Virus record (IMG/VR): IMGVR_UViG_3300037247_001029
Span: 1 to 51,348 of that record
Source: a virus
Lineage: Duplodnaviria; Caudoviricetes
Length of the DNA: 51,348 nt
Strand: one strand, 5' to 3'
Below are positions 34,259 through 41,827 of the stretch, piece by piece. Under the pieces are notes generated by a model that saw only the letters and a program-made list of their open reading frames with translations, had not been told where the DNA came from and did not search any database. The translations under genes were made by a program, and so were the position numbers. Every line of letters starts with the position of its first letter. Within the stretch, counting starts at the first letter, position 1.

Positions 34259-35786
34259 GATAGACCTGGGGGCGGTCGAGGCCGAACTTGGGCGCCGCGA
34301 CCCCGTCTACTGGGCACAGGGACAGGGCAACTTCCGCCTCGAGGACACCGGCGAGCCCATCCAGTTCGCCCCCCACCAGGCGGCGGTCCTGCGGTACTGT
34401 CTCGGGCGCCGTGAAAACGGGCGTCTGCCCTTCCGTCTGGTCCTGTGGAGTGAGCCCAAGAAGTCCGGGAAGACCACGGTGTCGGGCGTGGTCATCAAGT
34501 GGGCCGCCGAGACCTGGGGGCAGTACGGCGAGATACTGTGTGTGGGCAACGATGCCGACCAAGCCCAGGAGCGCGGCTTCCGCAAGATGACGATCGCGGT
34601 CGAGCAGACCCCTGGCTACTACAAGGACCGCCAGCGTCTGCCCGGCGTCTGGCAACTGCATGGGGTCAAGCGGGCCGAGTGCATCGCCACCGGCACGATC
34701 GTCAAGGCCGTGGCTAAGGACTACCGCGGCGAGGCCGGTGGCAATCCCATCCTGTCGGTCTGGACGGAGCTATGGGGCTTCATCCACAAGGACGACCTGC
34801 GCTTCTGGTCCGAGATGGCCCCGTCGCCCACCCGCCCTGACAGCATCCGCCTGGTCGAGACCTATGCTGGATGGGAGGGCGAGTCCGAGCTACTGTATGG
34901 GCTGTACGAGCAGACCGTGCTCCAGGGGCGCCAGCTAACTGCGGGCGAGCTTGGGGACCTGACGGCCTTTGCCGAGGCGCCCAACCCCGACAGTCTGGTG
35001 CCATGTTGGGTCAACGAGGCGGCCAGCATGTTCGCCTACTGGGACAGCGGTCCTGAGGCGCACCGGCAGCCGTGGCAGCAGGGACCGCACGGCAACGCCT
35101 ACTACGCCAACGAGGCCGCGTCACAGACCCCGTCCAACTACACCAGGCTGCACGACAACAAGTGGGCCAGCGCGGAGTCGTCGTTCATCGACATCACCTG
35201 GTGGGACGCCTGCAAGGGACCGCCGATACCGCTGGAGCTTGGCGACAACACGCCCCTGGTGATGGCCTTGGACGCGGGTGTCACCGGCGACTGCTTCGCC
35301 GTCGTGGTCGTCAGTCGGGACCCTGACCGGCCCGGTGGCTTCGAGGAGGAGGGCGGTGTGCTGCTGCGATCGGCCAACATGTGGCAGCCGTCCAAGGGCC
35401 AGCCGGTCAACTTCGGCGAGGTCGAGCGGATGATCAGGACCTTCTGCGCGGGCCATAACGTGGTCCAGATCGCCTACGACGACTACCAGCTACACGACAT
35501 GGCGACACGGCTTCAGCAGGACGAGGTCGCCTGGACCCGCAAGTTTGGGCAGCAGCAGGAACGGCTGGTGGCCGATGGGCAGCTATACCAGATGATCGTC
35601 CAGCGCCGCCTGCGGCATGACGGCGCGTGGCCTGAGGTGCGGGAGCATCTGGTCAACGCCAACAAGAAGGTTGCGGCGTCGGAGGACACCCGGCTGCGCA
35701 TCGTCAAGAAGTCCGAGACCCGTAAGATCGACCTGGCCGTGGCGCTGTCAATGGCCACCGCCGAGTGCCTGAGGCTGATACTGTGA
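34239..35786 (+). CDS. Terminase large subunit
   Basis: Walker A PKKSGKT; Walker B SVWTELW; RuvC-like nuclease MALDAGVTGDCFA, YDDYQ, KIDLAVALSMA; start approximate. Confidence 0.93.
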   Translation: MVASSAEIDLGAVEAELGRRDPVYWAQGQGNFRLEDTGEPIQFAPHQAAVLRYCLGRRENGRLPFRLVLWSEPKKSGKTTVSGVVIKWAAETWGQYGEILCVGNDADQAQERGFRKMTIAVEQTPGYYKDRQRLPGVWQLHGVKRAECIATGTIVKAVAKDYRGEAGGNPILSVWTELWGFIHKDDLRFWSEMAPSPTRPDSIRLVETYAGWEGESELLYGLYEQTVLQGRQLTAGELGDLTAFAEAPNPDSLVPCWVNEAASMFAYWDSGPEAHRQPWQQGPHGNAYYANEAASQTPSNYTRLHDNKWASAESSFIDITWWDACKGPPIPLELGDNTPLVMALDAGVTGDCFAVVVVSRDPDRPGGFEEEGGVLLRSANMWQPSKGQPVNFGEVERMIRTFCAGHNVVQIAYDDYQLHDMATRLQQDEVAWTRKFGQQQERLVADGQLYQMIVQRRLRHDGAWPEVREHLVNANKKVAASEDTRLRIVKKSETRKIDLAVALSMATAECLRLIL

Positions 35787-35798
35787 CGTGTAGCCACC

Positions 35799-35990
35799 AT
35801 GAGTAAATCCCATCGCGACAATCATGCTGCGCGAATAAAGCGTGGGCCTGCTGCCTTTGCCAAGAAGGCAAAGCGCCGAGCGCATCTACGTCTTCGCTGC
35901 AATCTGTGCGGCATAGCCTCTCGCCCACAGACGATGGAAGGTGGCCTTTGCGCCCGATGCTCTGTCACTTCACCAGCACTGTCACGATGA
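35799..35990 (+). CDS. Small basic Zn-finger protein
   Basis: CNLC..CARC; ATGA overlap. Confidence 0.45.
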   Translation: MSKSHRDNHAARIKRGPAAFAKKAKRRAHLRLRCNLCGIASRPQTMEGGLCARCSVTSPALSR

Positions 35991-36241
35991 CCGGCTGCCC
36001 ACGGACCGACTCTGTAACCCATCCCGTTCAGGGCTGGTGTCCCGCCTGCCCGCGGGTCGTCATGTACCGGGAGATCACCGCGAGGGAAAAGCGCCGCGGC
36101 TACGTCTATCCGGGCGGTCATATTCAGTCGACCGCCTGCCGCATCTACCTGGGCGGCCTCGGCAACGTGTACGAATCGGACGGCGGGGCCGCGTTCATCA
36201 TCGATGGGTGCGCCCACGTGGCCTTTGTGGGTGCGGTGTGA
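35987..36241 (+). CDS. Hypothetical protein
   Basis: Coupled overlaps at both ends. Confidence 0.5.
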   Translation: MTGCPRTDSVTHPVQGWCPACPRVVMYREITAREKRRGYVYPGGHIQSTACRIYLGGLGNVYESDGGAAFIIDGCAHVAFVGAV

Positions 36242-36534
36242 CGCCGGGCTATATCGCGTGGAACGACGGCCTGCTGCGCCCGCTCTTGCACGGGCTGAGC
36301 GCCAACATCCCCCGATGGTCCTTCAGCAGACACCTGGTACATGGCCACCGTTGCACCGGCTGTCAGCACGGCGTAGCCTGCGTGTGCCGCGAGCGACCCC
36401 GCGAGCTGCTGCGGTGCGCCTGGTGTGTGCCGTGGCTGATGGAGTGGGCCCCGGTCGAGAAGAAGCGGGCGCGACGTAAAGCCGCTAGACGCAAACGGTC
36501 TCCGACTAGACGCCCCACGAGGGCCGTTCTATAA
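36238..36534 (+). CDS. Hypothetical Cys-rich basic protein
   Basis: GTGA overlap; CTGC..CVC..CAWC. Confidence 0.45.
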   Translation: MTPGYIAWNDGLLRPLLHGLSANIPRWSFSRHLVHGHRCTGCQHGVACVCRERPRELLRCAWCVPWLMEWAPVEKKRARRKAARRKRSPTRRPTRAVL

Positions 36535-36535
36535 T
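36507..36535 (+). promoter_or_regulatory. Promoter for head operon
   Basis: TAGACG-17-TATAAT ahead of AGGAGG RBS. Confidence 0.55.
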
Positions 36536-36568
36536 GCCCCCTGACCGACAAGTCGACAGGAGGCCGCG

Positions 36569-36778
36569 ATGCCCTTCAAGGTCAGCCCCGCCACCGAACT
36601 CAAGAACAGCGCCGATCTCGTCCTGGGCATCTTGGCCAGCCCCCATCGCAGAGGCCAGGAGTGGACGGCCGCCACCCTGCGGGTCGAGTTGAAGCGCATC
36701 GGCCTGACGTTCACCAATGGCGAACTGAACGCGATCGCCACCGAGTTGATCAGCCGCGGCGACTTGGTCACCGTGTAG
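36569..36778 (+). CDS. Hypothetical protein
   Basis: AGGAGG RBS, high-GC3 codons. Confidence 0.7.
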   Translation: MPFKVSPATELKNSADLVLGILASPHRRGQEWTAATLRVELKRIGLTFTNGELNAIATELISRGDLVTV

Positions 36779-36790
36779 GAGGTAGCCGCT

Positions 36791-37339
36791 ATGGGAGTCG
36801 AGGGACGCACCAAGGGCGCGACCTTACGTGTCAAGGACACCTCCGTGCTCATATGGGGGCAGCGTGAGGACGCAGACGGGAACCCGACCGAGGAATACCT
36901 GATAGTCCGGGTTGACGAGCATGGCCGGGTGATGACCTACGATCACCCCGACCCGGCCAACGTCCAGCTTTTCACCGCCCAGGTCCTGAATGCGGACCCC
37001 ACCGAGGTCAACAGCCAGGACGACGGCGACGTGGCCGAAGCCATCGACTGCTCTACCTACCGGAACTTCTCGGTCGAGCTTACGATCCTGTCCGCCAACG
37101 CGCCGACCGACATCGAATTCTTCGCCGAGTTCAGCAACAACGGCGGCATCGACTGGGCCCACCACGCCCAGGGCCTGTTCGCCTCCCTGGTCTACAGCGA
37201 CTTATCGGTCGCCACGGTGGTGCGTGAGACCTTCACTGGCCTCGTGGTGGGCGACATGTTCCGGCTGCGGGTCGTCGCGACCGGCACGGACGGCACCGAC
37301 ATATTCACCTTCAGTGCCCTAGTCCGCTTCTGGAGATAG
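36791..37339 (+). CDS. Probable virion beta-jellyroll protein
   Basis: AGGAGGT RBS; acidic beta-rich, GDMFRLRVVA. Confidence 0.6.
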   Translation: MGVEGRTKGATLRVKDTSVLIWGQREDADGNPTEEYLIVRVDEHGRVMTYDHPDPANVQLFTAQVLNADPTEVNSQDDGDVAEAIDCSTYRNFSVELTILSANAPTDIEFFAEFSNNGGIDWAHHAQGLFASLVYSDLSVATVVRETFTGLVVGDMFRLRVVATGTDGTDIFTFSALVRFWR

Positions 37340-37342
37340 GGC

Positions 37343-40300
37343 GTGACCCTAGAGCAGCAAGACCAGGCCGTAGTCCAGTCGGTCCGCTATCAGCCCGAAC
37401 CCAACGAGGGCGACTACGGTGTCCAGCTTGACGCCCTGGTCCTGGGCCTGGCCACCGCCGCCGATGAGTTCGAGCCCTGGGGCAGGGACCCGGTCAAGCG
37501 TGACAGGCAACTGCGGAACTTCTGGCCCACCGAGCCCATCCTGGCATCCGCCGTCTACTCGCTGGCCATCCGCAACGCCGCCTTCTCATGGACCCTGGAC
37601 GGACCTGAGCGCACCGTCGAGGCCATCCAGGACATGCTGGCGATGGCCGACCTGGGCGCCGGCTGGCAGTCGTTCTCGTCCAAGCTGTCCGTCGACGTGA
37701 TGACCCAGGACAACGGCGGCTTCATCGAGGTCATCCGTGAGCGGGACGAGGTAGACGCGCCGGTCATCGGTATCGCTCACCTCGACGCGGGCCGCTGCGT
37801 CCGCACAGGCAACGCCGAGACCCCGGTCATCTATCAGGACGTGCTGGGTCGCTTCCATCGGCTGAAGCGCCACCAGGTGGTAGCCGTGGCCGAGCTGCCG
37901 TCGCCGGTCGAGACGATGCGCGGGATGCAGTTATGCGCGGTGTCACGGGTCCTGCGGGCCGCGCAGTACCTGCGGGACATCGGGGTGTACCAGCGGGAGA
38001 AGGTCAGCGGCAACAACCCCAATCAAATCCACATCGTGTCGGGCGTCGGGTCGAAGCAGATCAGCGACGCCATGCAGACACACAAGGACACCCAGGCCGC
38101 CAAGGGCATGATGCGCTTCATCATCCCCCTGATCATTGGGTCCATCGACCCGTCGGCCACCGTGTCCAAGGAGACCATCGACCTCAAGTCGCTGCCCGAT
38201 TCGTTCAACCTGGACGACTCCATGCGGTGGTACATCAACCAACTCGCCCTGGGATTTGGCGTGGACTACCAGGAATTCGCGCCGCTGCCTGGCCGGGGCA
38301 TCGGGTCGTCAACCGAGGCGTTGGTCCTGCACTTGAAGTCGCGGGGCAAAGGACCGGGCTTCTGGATGAAGCTGCTGGAGTACACCTTCAACTTCCACGG
38401 CCTCATTCCCCAAAACGTCACGTTCAGCTACGACGAGCAGGACGTTGAGGCGGACCTGGAGGAGGCCGAGCTTGGGAAGATCGTCGCCGACACGTTGGAG
38501 GCGCTGATACGGTCCGCCACGTTGGACCCACAGGCTGGCCGCCAGATACTGCTGGACGACGGCTACATCGACGAGGAGACGTTCGACCGCCTGTCCGAGA
38601 CCGGCGATCTCACGTCGAACGTGACCGCCCAGGATGTCGAGCCGGTCGAAAACAAGGCCGTCAGTCCCGTGGCGCTGGTCAAGGCCTCACACCTGATGCG
38701 ACGCAGGCGCAGGCGCAAGAAGCCCAACGGCAAGAAGGCGCCCCGTGTACGATACGCTCAGGTCGCTGACTTTGCCGAGGCCGAGCGGGTCGCCCTCGAG
38801 GAGGAGATCGCAGCAGCGATGGATGACGTACTGGCCCGCGCCATGCGCCGTGCCCGTACGATCATGGGCCTGGAGGGCGTCGAGGCGGCGAAGCGGGGGC
38901 GGTTTACCGCGTTGCGCCTGGGCCATAAACAGACCCCTGACGACATCATCGGGGACGAGGTGTTCTGGCGGGACTTCCGCGAGGACGCAATCGTCACCAT
39001 GACGCCCTTCGCCCGCCGCGGTGCCCTGGAGGCCATCGACGCCAACATCGCCGTCGGTGTTGGGGTCGACCTTGAACTGGTCAACCAGCAGGTCCTGACC
39101 TTCACCGGCACCTACACCAACGAGTGGTGGGCCGCCCTGGAGGGCACGAGCCGGGCACAGCTACGGGATGCGGTCGCTAGCTGGCAGCAGGGCGGCCTTG
39201 GCAGCCGGGGCTTCCCCGACCTGGTCAAGGCGATCGAGCCGACTTTCGGACGGGTCAGAGCACGCCGCATAGCGATAACGGAGGCGACCAAGATCTTCGA
39301 TGGTGGGAACCTGATGGCCCACGAGGCAGGGGGGATCAACGAGGAGGAGTGGCAGACCGCGCGGGACGCCCGCGTCGACGACATCTGCCGCCCCCTGGAT
39401 GGTCAGCGGTTCCCGATCAACGCCGGGCCACGGCCCGTGACGGGAACTCATATCGGCTGTGTGCTGCCCGGAACGCGGGTTTGCGCAACGGGCGTGGAAC
39501 GGGCCTACCGGGCGTGGTACGAAGGTTCGGTGCTAGAACTGGCGCTCCATGGAGGCCAGCGGCTTACCGTTACCCCGAATCACCCGATACTGACCCCTGA
39601 CGGATGGGTCGCGGCTGAGTTCTTGCGCCCAGGCAGCGATGTAATCAGCGGCTCCTTCGGTGAGGGGGAAGTCGCGCTTGGAGGCAAAGACGTAGCAGAT
39701 CGCCCACCCCTGATCGAAGAGATATTCGCTTCGCTCTCGGTGGTTAGACGGGTAGGCGTTACGACTACGGAGTTCCACGGCGATGGACGGGGCATGCACG
39801 GCGACATCGACGTTGTAGGCTCCGACGGCGAGTTGCGCTGTGCATGTGGCGCCTCTAGCCTCCAACCACTCCATGAGGGCCATCTCATCGGGCGTGCTGT
39901 ACCCCAGGCTGTCCTGGTAGGTGGCCGCGTGCTGGGTCTGTTCGCCCGGCGTGGCTTTGCGGCCCCGCATCGCGTTATTAGCCGATGCGGTGAGGTCCTT
40001 ACGGCCCTGTGGGGTCAACTGGCCCATACGTTGCAGGTTGGCCTCAGACCGACCGCGTGGGACAACGCCAGCCTCGCTCAGGCGCTTGCGCACCAGGGTG
40101 CGAGACACATCGAAGGCAAGACCCAGCGCGAGTTCGGACTCACCGGCCCGGTACCGGGACACGAGCGCGGCAGCGTCCACCTCCTTGCGGGAGCCGCGCA
40201 CAACGACGTGGGCCTCCCGGAGGATGCGGTAGAACTGGGTTTGGGAGATGGGGAATCGCTGGCGCAGGTCCTGGATCGTTGCGCCTTCCCGGTAGGCCTG

Positions 40301-40456
40301 AGTCAGATAATCGCGGTCACACGGCGTGAGTATGCGGGTCATGTCTACGACCTCCAGACGAACACGTCATTGTACCAGGCTGCCGGTGTCATTGTACATA
40401 ACTGCCGGTGCGCGCGGTTGCCAGTAGGGCCTGGGGGCGAGACCCTTGGCCGCTAA
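37343..40456 (+). CDS. Portal protein fused to Mu gpF-like head morphogenesis domain, intein-containing
   Basis: Portal: DVMTQDNGGFIEVIR..HLDAGRC..LALGFGV; MuF: RARRIAITEAT..WQTARDARVDDICRPLDG..THIG/CRC. Confidence 0.88.
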   Translation: MTLEQQDQAVVQSVRYQPEPNEGDYGVQLDALVLGLATAADEFEPWGRDPVKRDRQLRNFWPTEPILASAVYSLAIRNAAFSWTLDGPERTVEAIQDMLAMADLGAGWQSFSSKLSVDVMTQDNGGFIEVIRERDEVDAPVIGIAHLDAGRCVRTGNAETPVIYQDVLGRFHRLKRHQVVAVAELPSPVETMRGMQLCAVSRVLRAAQYLRDIGVYQREKVSGNNPNQIHIVSGVGSKQISDAMQTHKDTQAAKGMMRFIIPLIIGSIDPSATVSKETIDLKSLPDSFNLDDSMRWYINQLALGFGVDYQEFAPLPGRGIGSSTEALVLHLKSRGKGPGFWMKLLEYTFNFHGLIPQNVTFSYDEQDVEADLEEAELGKIVADTLEALIRSATLDPQAGRQILLDDGYIDEETFDRLSETGDLTSNVTAQDVEPVENKAVSPVALVKASHLMRRRRRRKKPNGKKAPRVRYAQVADFAEAERVALEEEIAAAMDDVLARAMRRARTIMGLEGVEAAKRGRFTALRLGHKQTPDDIIGDEVFWRDFREDAIVTMTPFARRGALEAIDANIAVGVGVDLELVNQQVLTFTGTYTNEWWAALEGTSRAQLRDAVASWQQGGLGSRGFPDLVKAIEPTFGRVRARRIAITEATKIFDGGNLMAHEAGGINEEEWQTARDARVDDICRPLDGQRFPINAGPRPVTGTHIGCVLPGTRVCATGVERAYRAWYEGSVLELALHGGQRLTVTPNHPILTPDGWVAAEFLRPGSDVISGSFGEGEVALGGKDVADRPPLIEEIFASLSVVRRVGVTTTEFHGDGRGMHGDIDVVGSDGELRCACGASSLQPLHEGHLIGRAVPQAVLVGGRVLGLFARRGFAAPHRVISRCGEVLTALWGQLAHTLQVGLRPTAWDNASLAQALAHQGARHIEGKTQREFGLTGPVPGHERGSVHLLAGAAHNDVGLPEDAVELGLGDGESLAQVLDRCAFPVGLSQIIAVTRREYAGHVYDLQTNTSLYQAAGVIVHNCRCARLPVGPGGETLGR
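39458..40402 (+). mobile_element. Intein, 315 aa, inserted in the MuF H-I-G|C-R-C motif
   Basis: Block A CVLPGTRV; block B LTVTPNHPILT..GW; block F YAGHVYDLQT; block G IVHN followed by Cys+1. Confidence 0.93.
39533..40342 (-). CDS. HTH-repeat + DUF559/Vsr-like (PD-(D/E)xK) endonuclease encoded antisense inside the intein
   Basis: GGAGGT 7 nt before ATG; two HTHs (YREGATIQDL.., YRAGESELALG..VSRTLV); STPDE..LEARG..QLAVGAYNVDVAV..IAVE..RSEYL..QGW. Confidence 0.85.
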   Translation of the reverse strand: MTRILTPCDRDYLTQAYREGATIQDLRQRFPISQTQFYRILREAHVVVRGSRKEVDAAALVSRYRAGESELALGLAFDVSRTLVRKRLSEAGVVPRGRSEANLQRMGQLTPQGRKDLTASANNAMRGRKATPGEQTQHAATYQDSLGYSTPDEMALMEWLEARGATCTAQLAVGAYNVDVAVHAPSIAVELRSRNAYPSNHRERSEYLFDQGWAICYVFASKRDFPLTEGAADYIAAWAQELSRDPSVRGQYRVIRGNGKPLASMERQF

Positions 40457-40469
40457 CGAGGTATAGGCG

Positions 40470-41090
40470 ATGGCACTTGGGGATATACTTCGGTCGTTCG
40501 CTGCGCCTGCGGCCACGCCGACGGGGTTGACGTTTGACGGCCAAGCCATATGGGTGGCCTCGAACGCAACGGCGCAGATTTATCAGATCAACCCACGGAA
40601 CGGGACAATATTACGCTCCTTCCCAGCGCCAGCAGCGCAGCCGCGCGATCTCGCATGGGATGGACGTAGCCTGTGGCATATATCTATAGACACGGCTACT
40701 GTCTATCAACTTGATCCCAGGAACGGCGCCGTCATGCGCTCATGGGGCAGCCCGGCGGCGTTTCCTAATGGACTGGAGTTCGATGGCCGGAGTATATGGG
40801 TGTCGGAAGGTGGGACGCTCACGATAAGCGAATGCGATCCACGCGATGGGACCATCTTACGGACTATCCCCACGCCAGTCACACCAACCGGCCTAGCATG
40901 GGATGGGCGTGTTCTATTTAATGTCGTGCTAGGCCCTGCACGTGCCCAAGTACTCGCCCCTCGGACCGGGCTTTTATTGCGTCAGTTCGGCATGGCACTC
41001 GGCGCCACGCGTGGGGGAGCGATTGATGGACGTTCGCTCTGGGTCGTTGATAGCACGAGCAACCTCGTTAGCCAGATAGCCCTACAATAG
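40470..41090 (+). CDS. Five-repeat beta-propeller (glutaminyl cyclase/YncE-like)
   Basis: Five ~41-aa repeats G.ILRSF.AP...P.GL.WDG..LW......Q.DPR. Confidence 0.75.
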   Translation: MALGDILRSFAAPAATPTGLTFDGQAIWVASNATAQIYQINPRNGTILRSFPAPAAQPRDLAWDGRSLWHISIDTATVYQLDPRNGAVMRSWGSPAAFPNGLEFDGRSIWVSEGGTLTISECDPRDGTILRTIPTPVTPTGLAWDGRVLFNVVLGPARAQVLAPRTGLLLRQFGMALGATRGGAIDGRSLWVVDSTSNLVSQIALQ

Positions 41091-41095
41091 CCCTC

Positions 41096-41494
41096 ATGGC
41101 CAGGATACGCATCCGCGTCATCCGCCCACGGCGGGCCATCAGGGACACCACGGTCCTCATCAGCGACTTGACCAACGACGTGCGCACGGTGGTCGCCAAT
41201 GGCCAGCGATGGATTGCGGTGTATCCGCCGCAGTCGCTGAACAAGACCGGGTACGTCCGCACCGGCACGTTGAAGCGGTCCTGGTCCCACAGCGTCACCC
41301 GGCGCCCCGGCGCGATCGTCGGTATCATCGGGTCGAACGCCAACATCGCGCCGTATAACCGCTTCGTCCAGGGCAGCCCCCAGGTCAAGGCTTTCCAGAC
41401 CGCGGGCTGGCGTGGGGTTGACGACCTCGAACAACGAGTGCAAAATGACCTGGACCGGCGAGTGCGGGCTTCGGTCCGGAAGTTTGCGCGGTAG
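41096..41494 (+). CDS. HK97 gp10-like neck/head-completion protein
   Basis: YVRTGTLKRSW..IIGSN...APY.RFVQG. Confidence 0.75.
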   Translation: MARIRIRVIRPRRAIRDTTVLISDLTNDVRTVVANGQRWIAVYPPQSLNKTGYVRTGTLKRSWSHSVTRRPGAIVGIIGSNANIAPYNRFVQGSPQVKAFQTAGWRGVDDLEQRVQNDLDRRVRASVRKFAR

Positions 41495-41597
41495 CGTATT
41501 CCATAGGGACTGTTCACAACTGAATAGCGCGAAGTACACCCTGGAGGGCTAGGCACTCGGTCAACACGCAGACTGCTGGCACACTCGCCGGTAACGA

Positions 41598-41671
41598 CGC
41601 GGGGCATGCCGTGGGGCGAGGGGGTCTCATACGCCCTCTGTGGTCAGGTTCGACTCCTACCCCCGCTACCA
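41598..41671 (+). tRNA. Atypical tRNA-Met(CAT), initiator-like
   Basis: C1-GCGGGG/CCCCGC-T72 with A73-CCA; anticodon arm GGGGT-CTCATAC-GCCCT; T-loop TTCGACT; short D-loop and bulged T-stem. Confidence 0.65.
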
Positions 41672-41682
41672 ATTGGGCGTAA

Positions 41683-41812
41683 GCTGGTCTAGCTGTAGGC
41701 AACAGGGGTCATGTTCGGAGGGTTGCGCCGGGCTGGAATGCCCGGCGCGGGGAATCCCTCCTGTAGCGGTTTGGGTGGCCCGTGCCCCTTGCCCCTCCCC
41801 GGCTAGACCGGC
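41683..41812 (+). ncRNA. Unassigned ~130-nt rod-like structured RNA/leader
   Basis: Nested stems gctggtctagctg/cggctagaccggc, ggcaa..gggg/cccc.ttgcc, ggagggtt/aatccctcc, gcgccgggc/gcccggcgc. Confidence 0.5.
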
Positions 41813-41827
41813 CCGTCAGGAGATGAT

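Noticed and set aside
41598-41671. tRNA as attP core
   Set aside because: It is full length rather than a 3' fragment, and no integrase is visible
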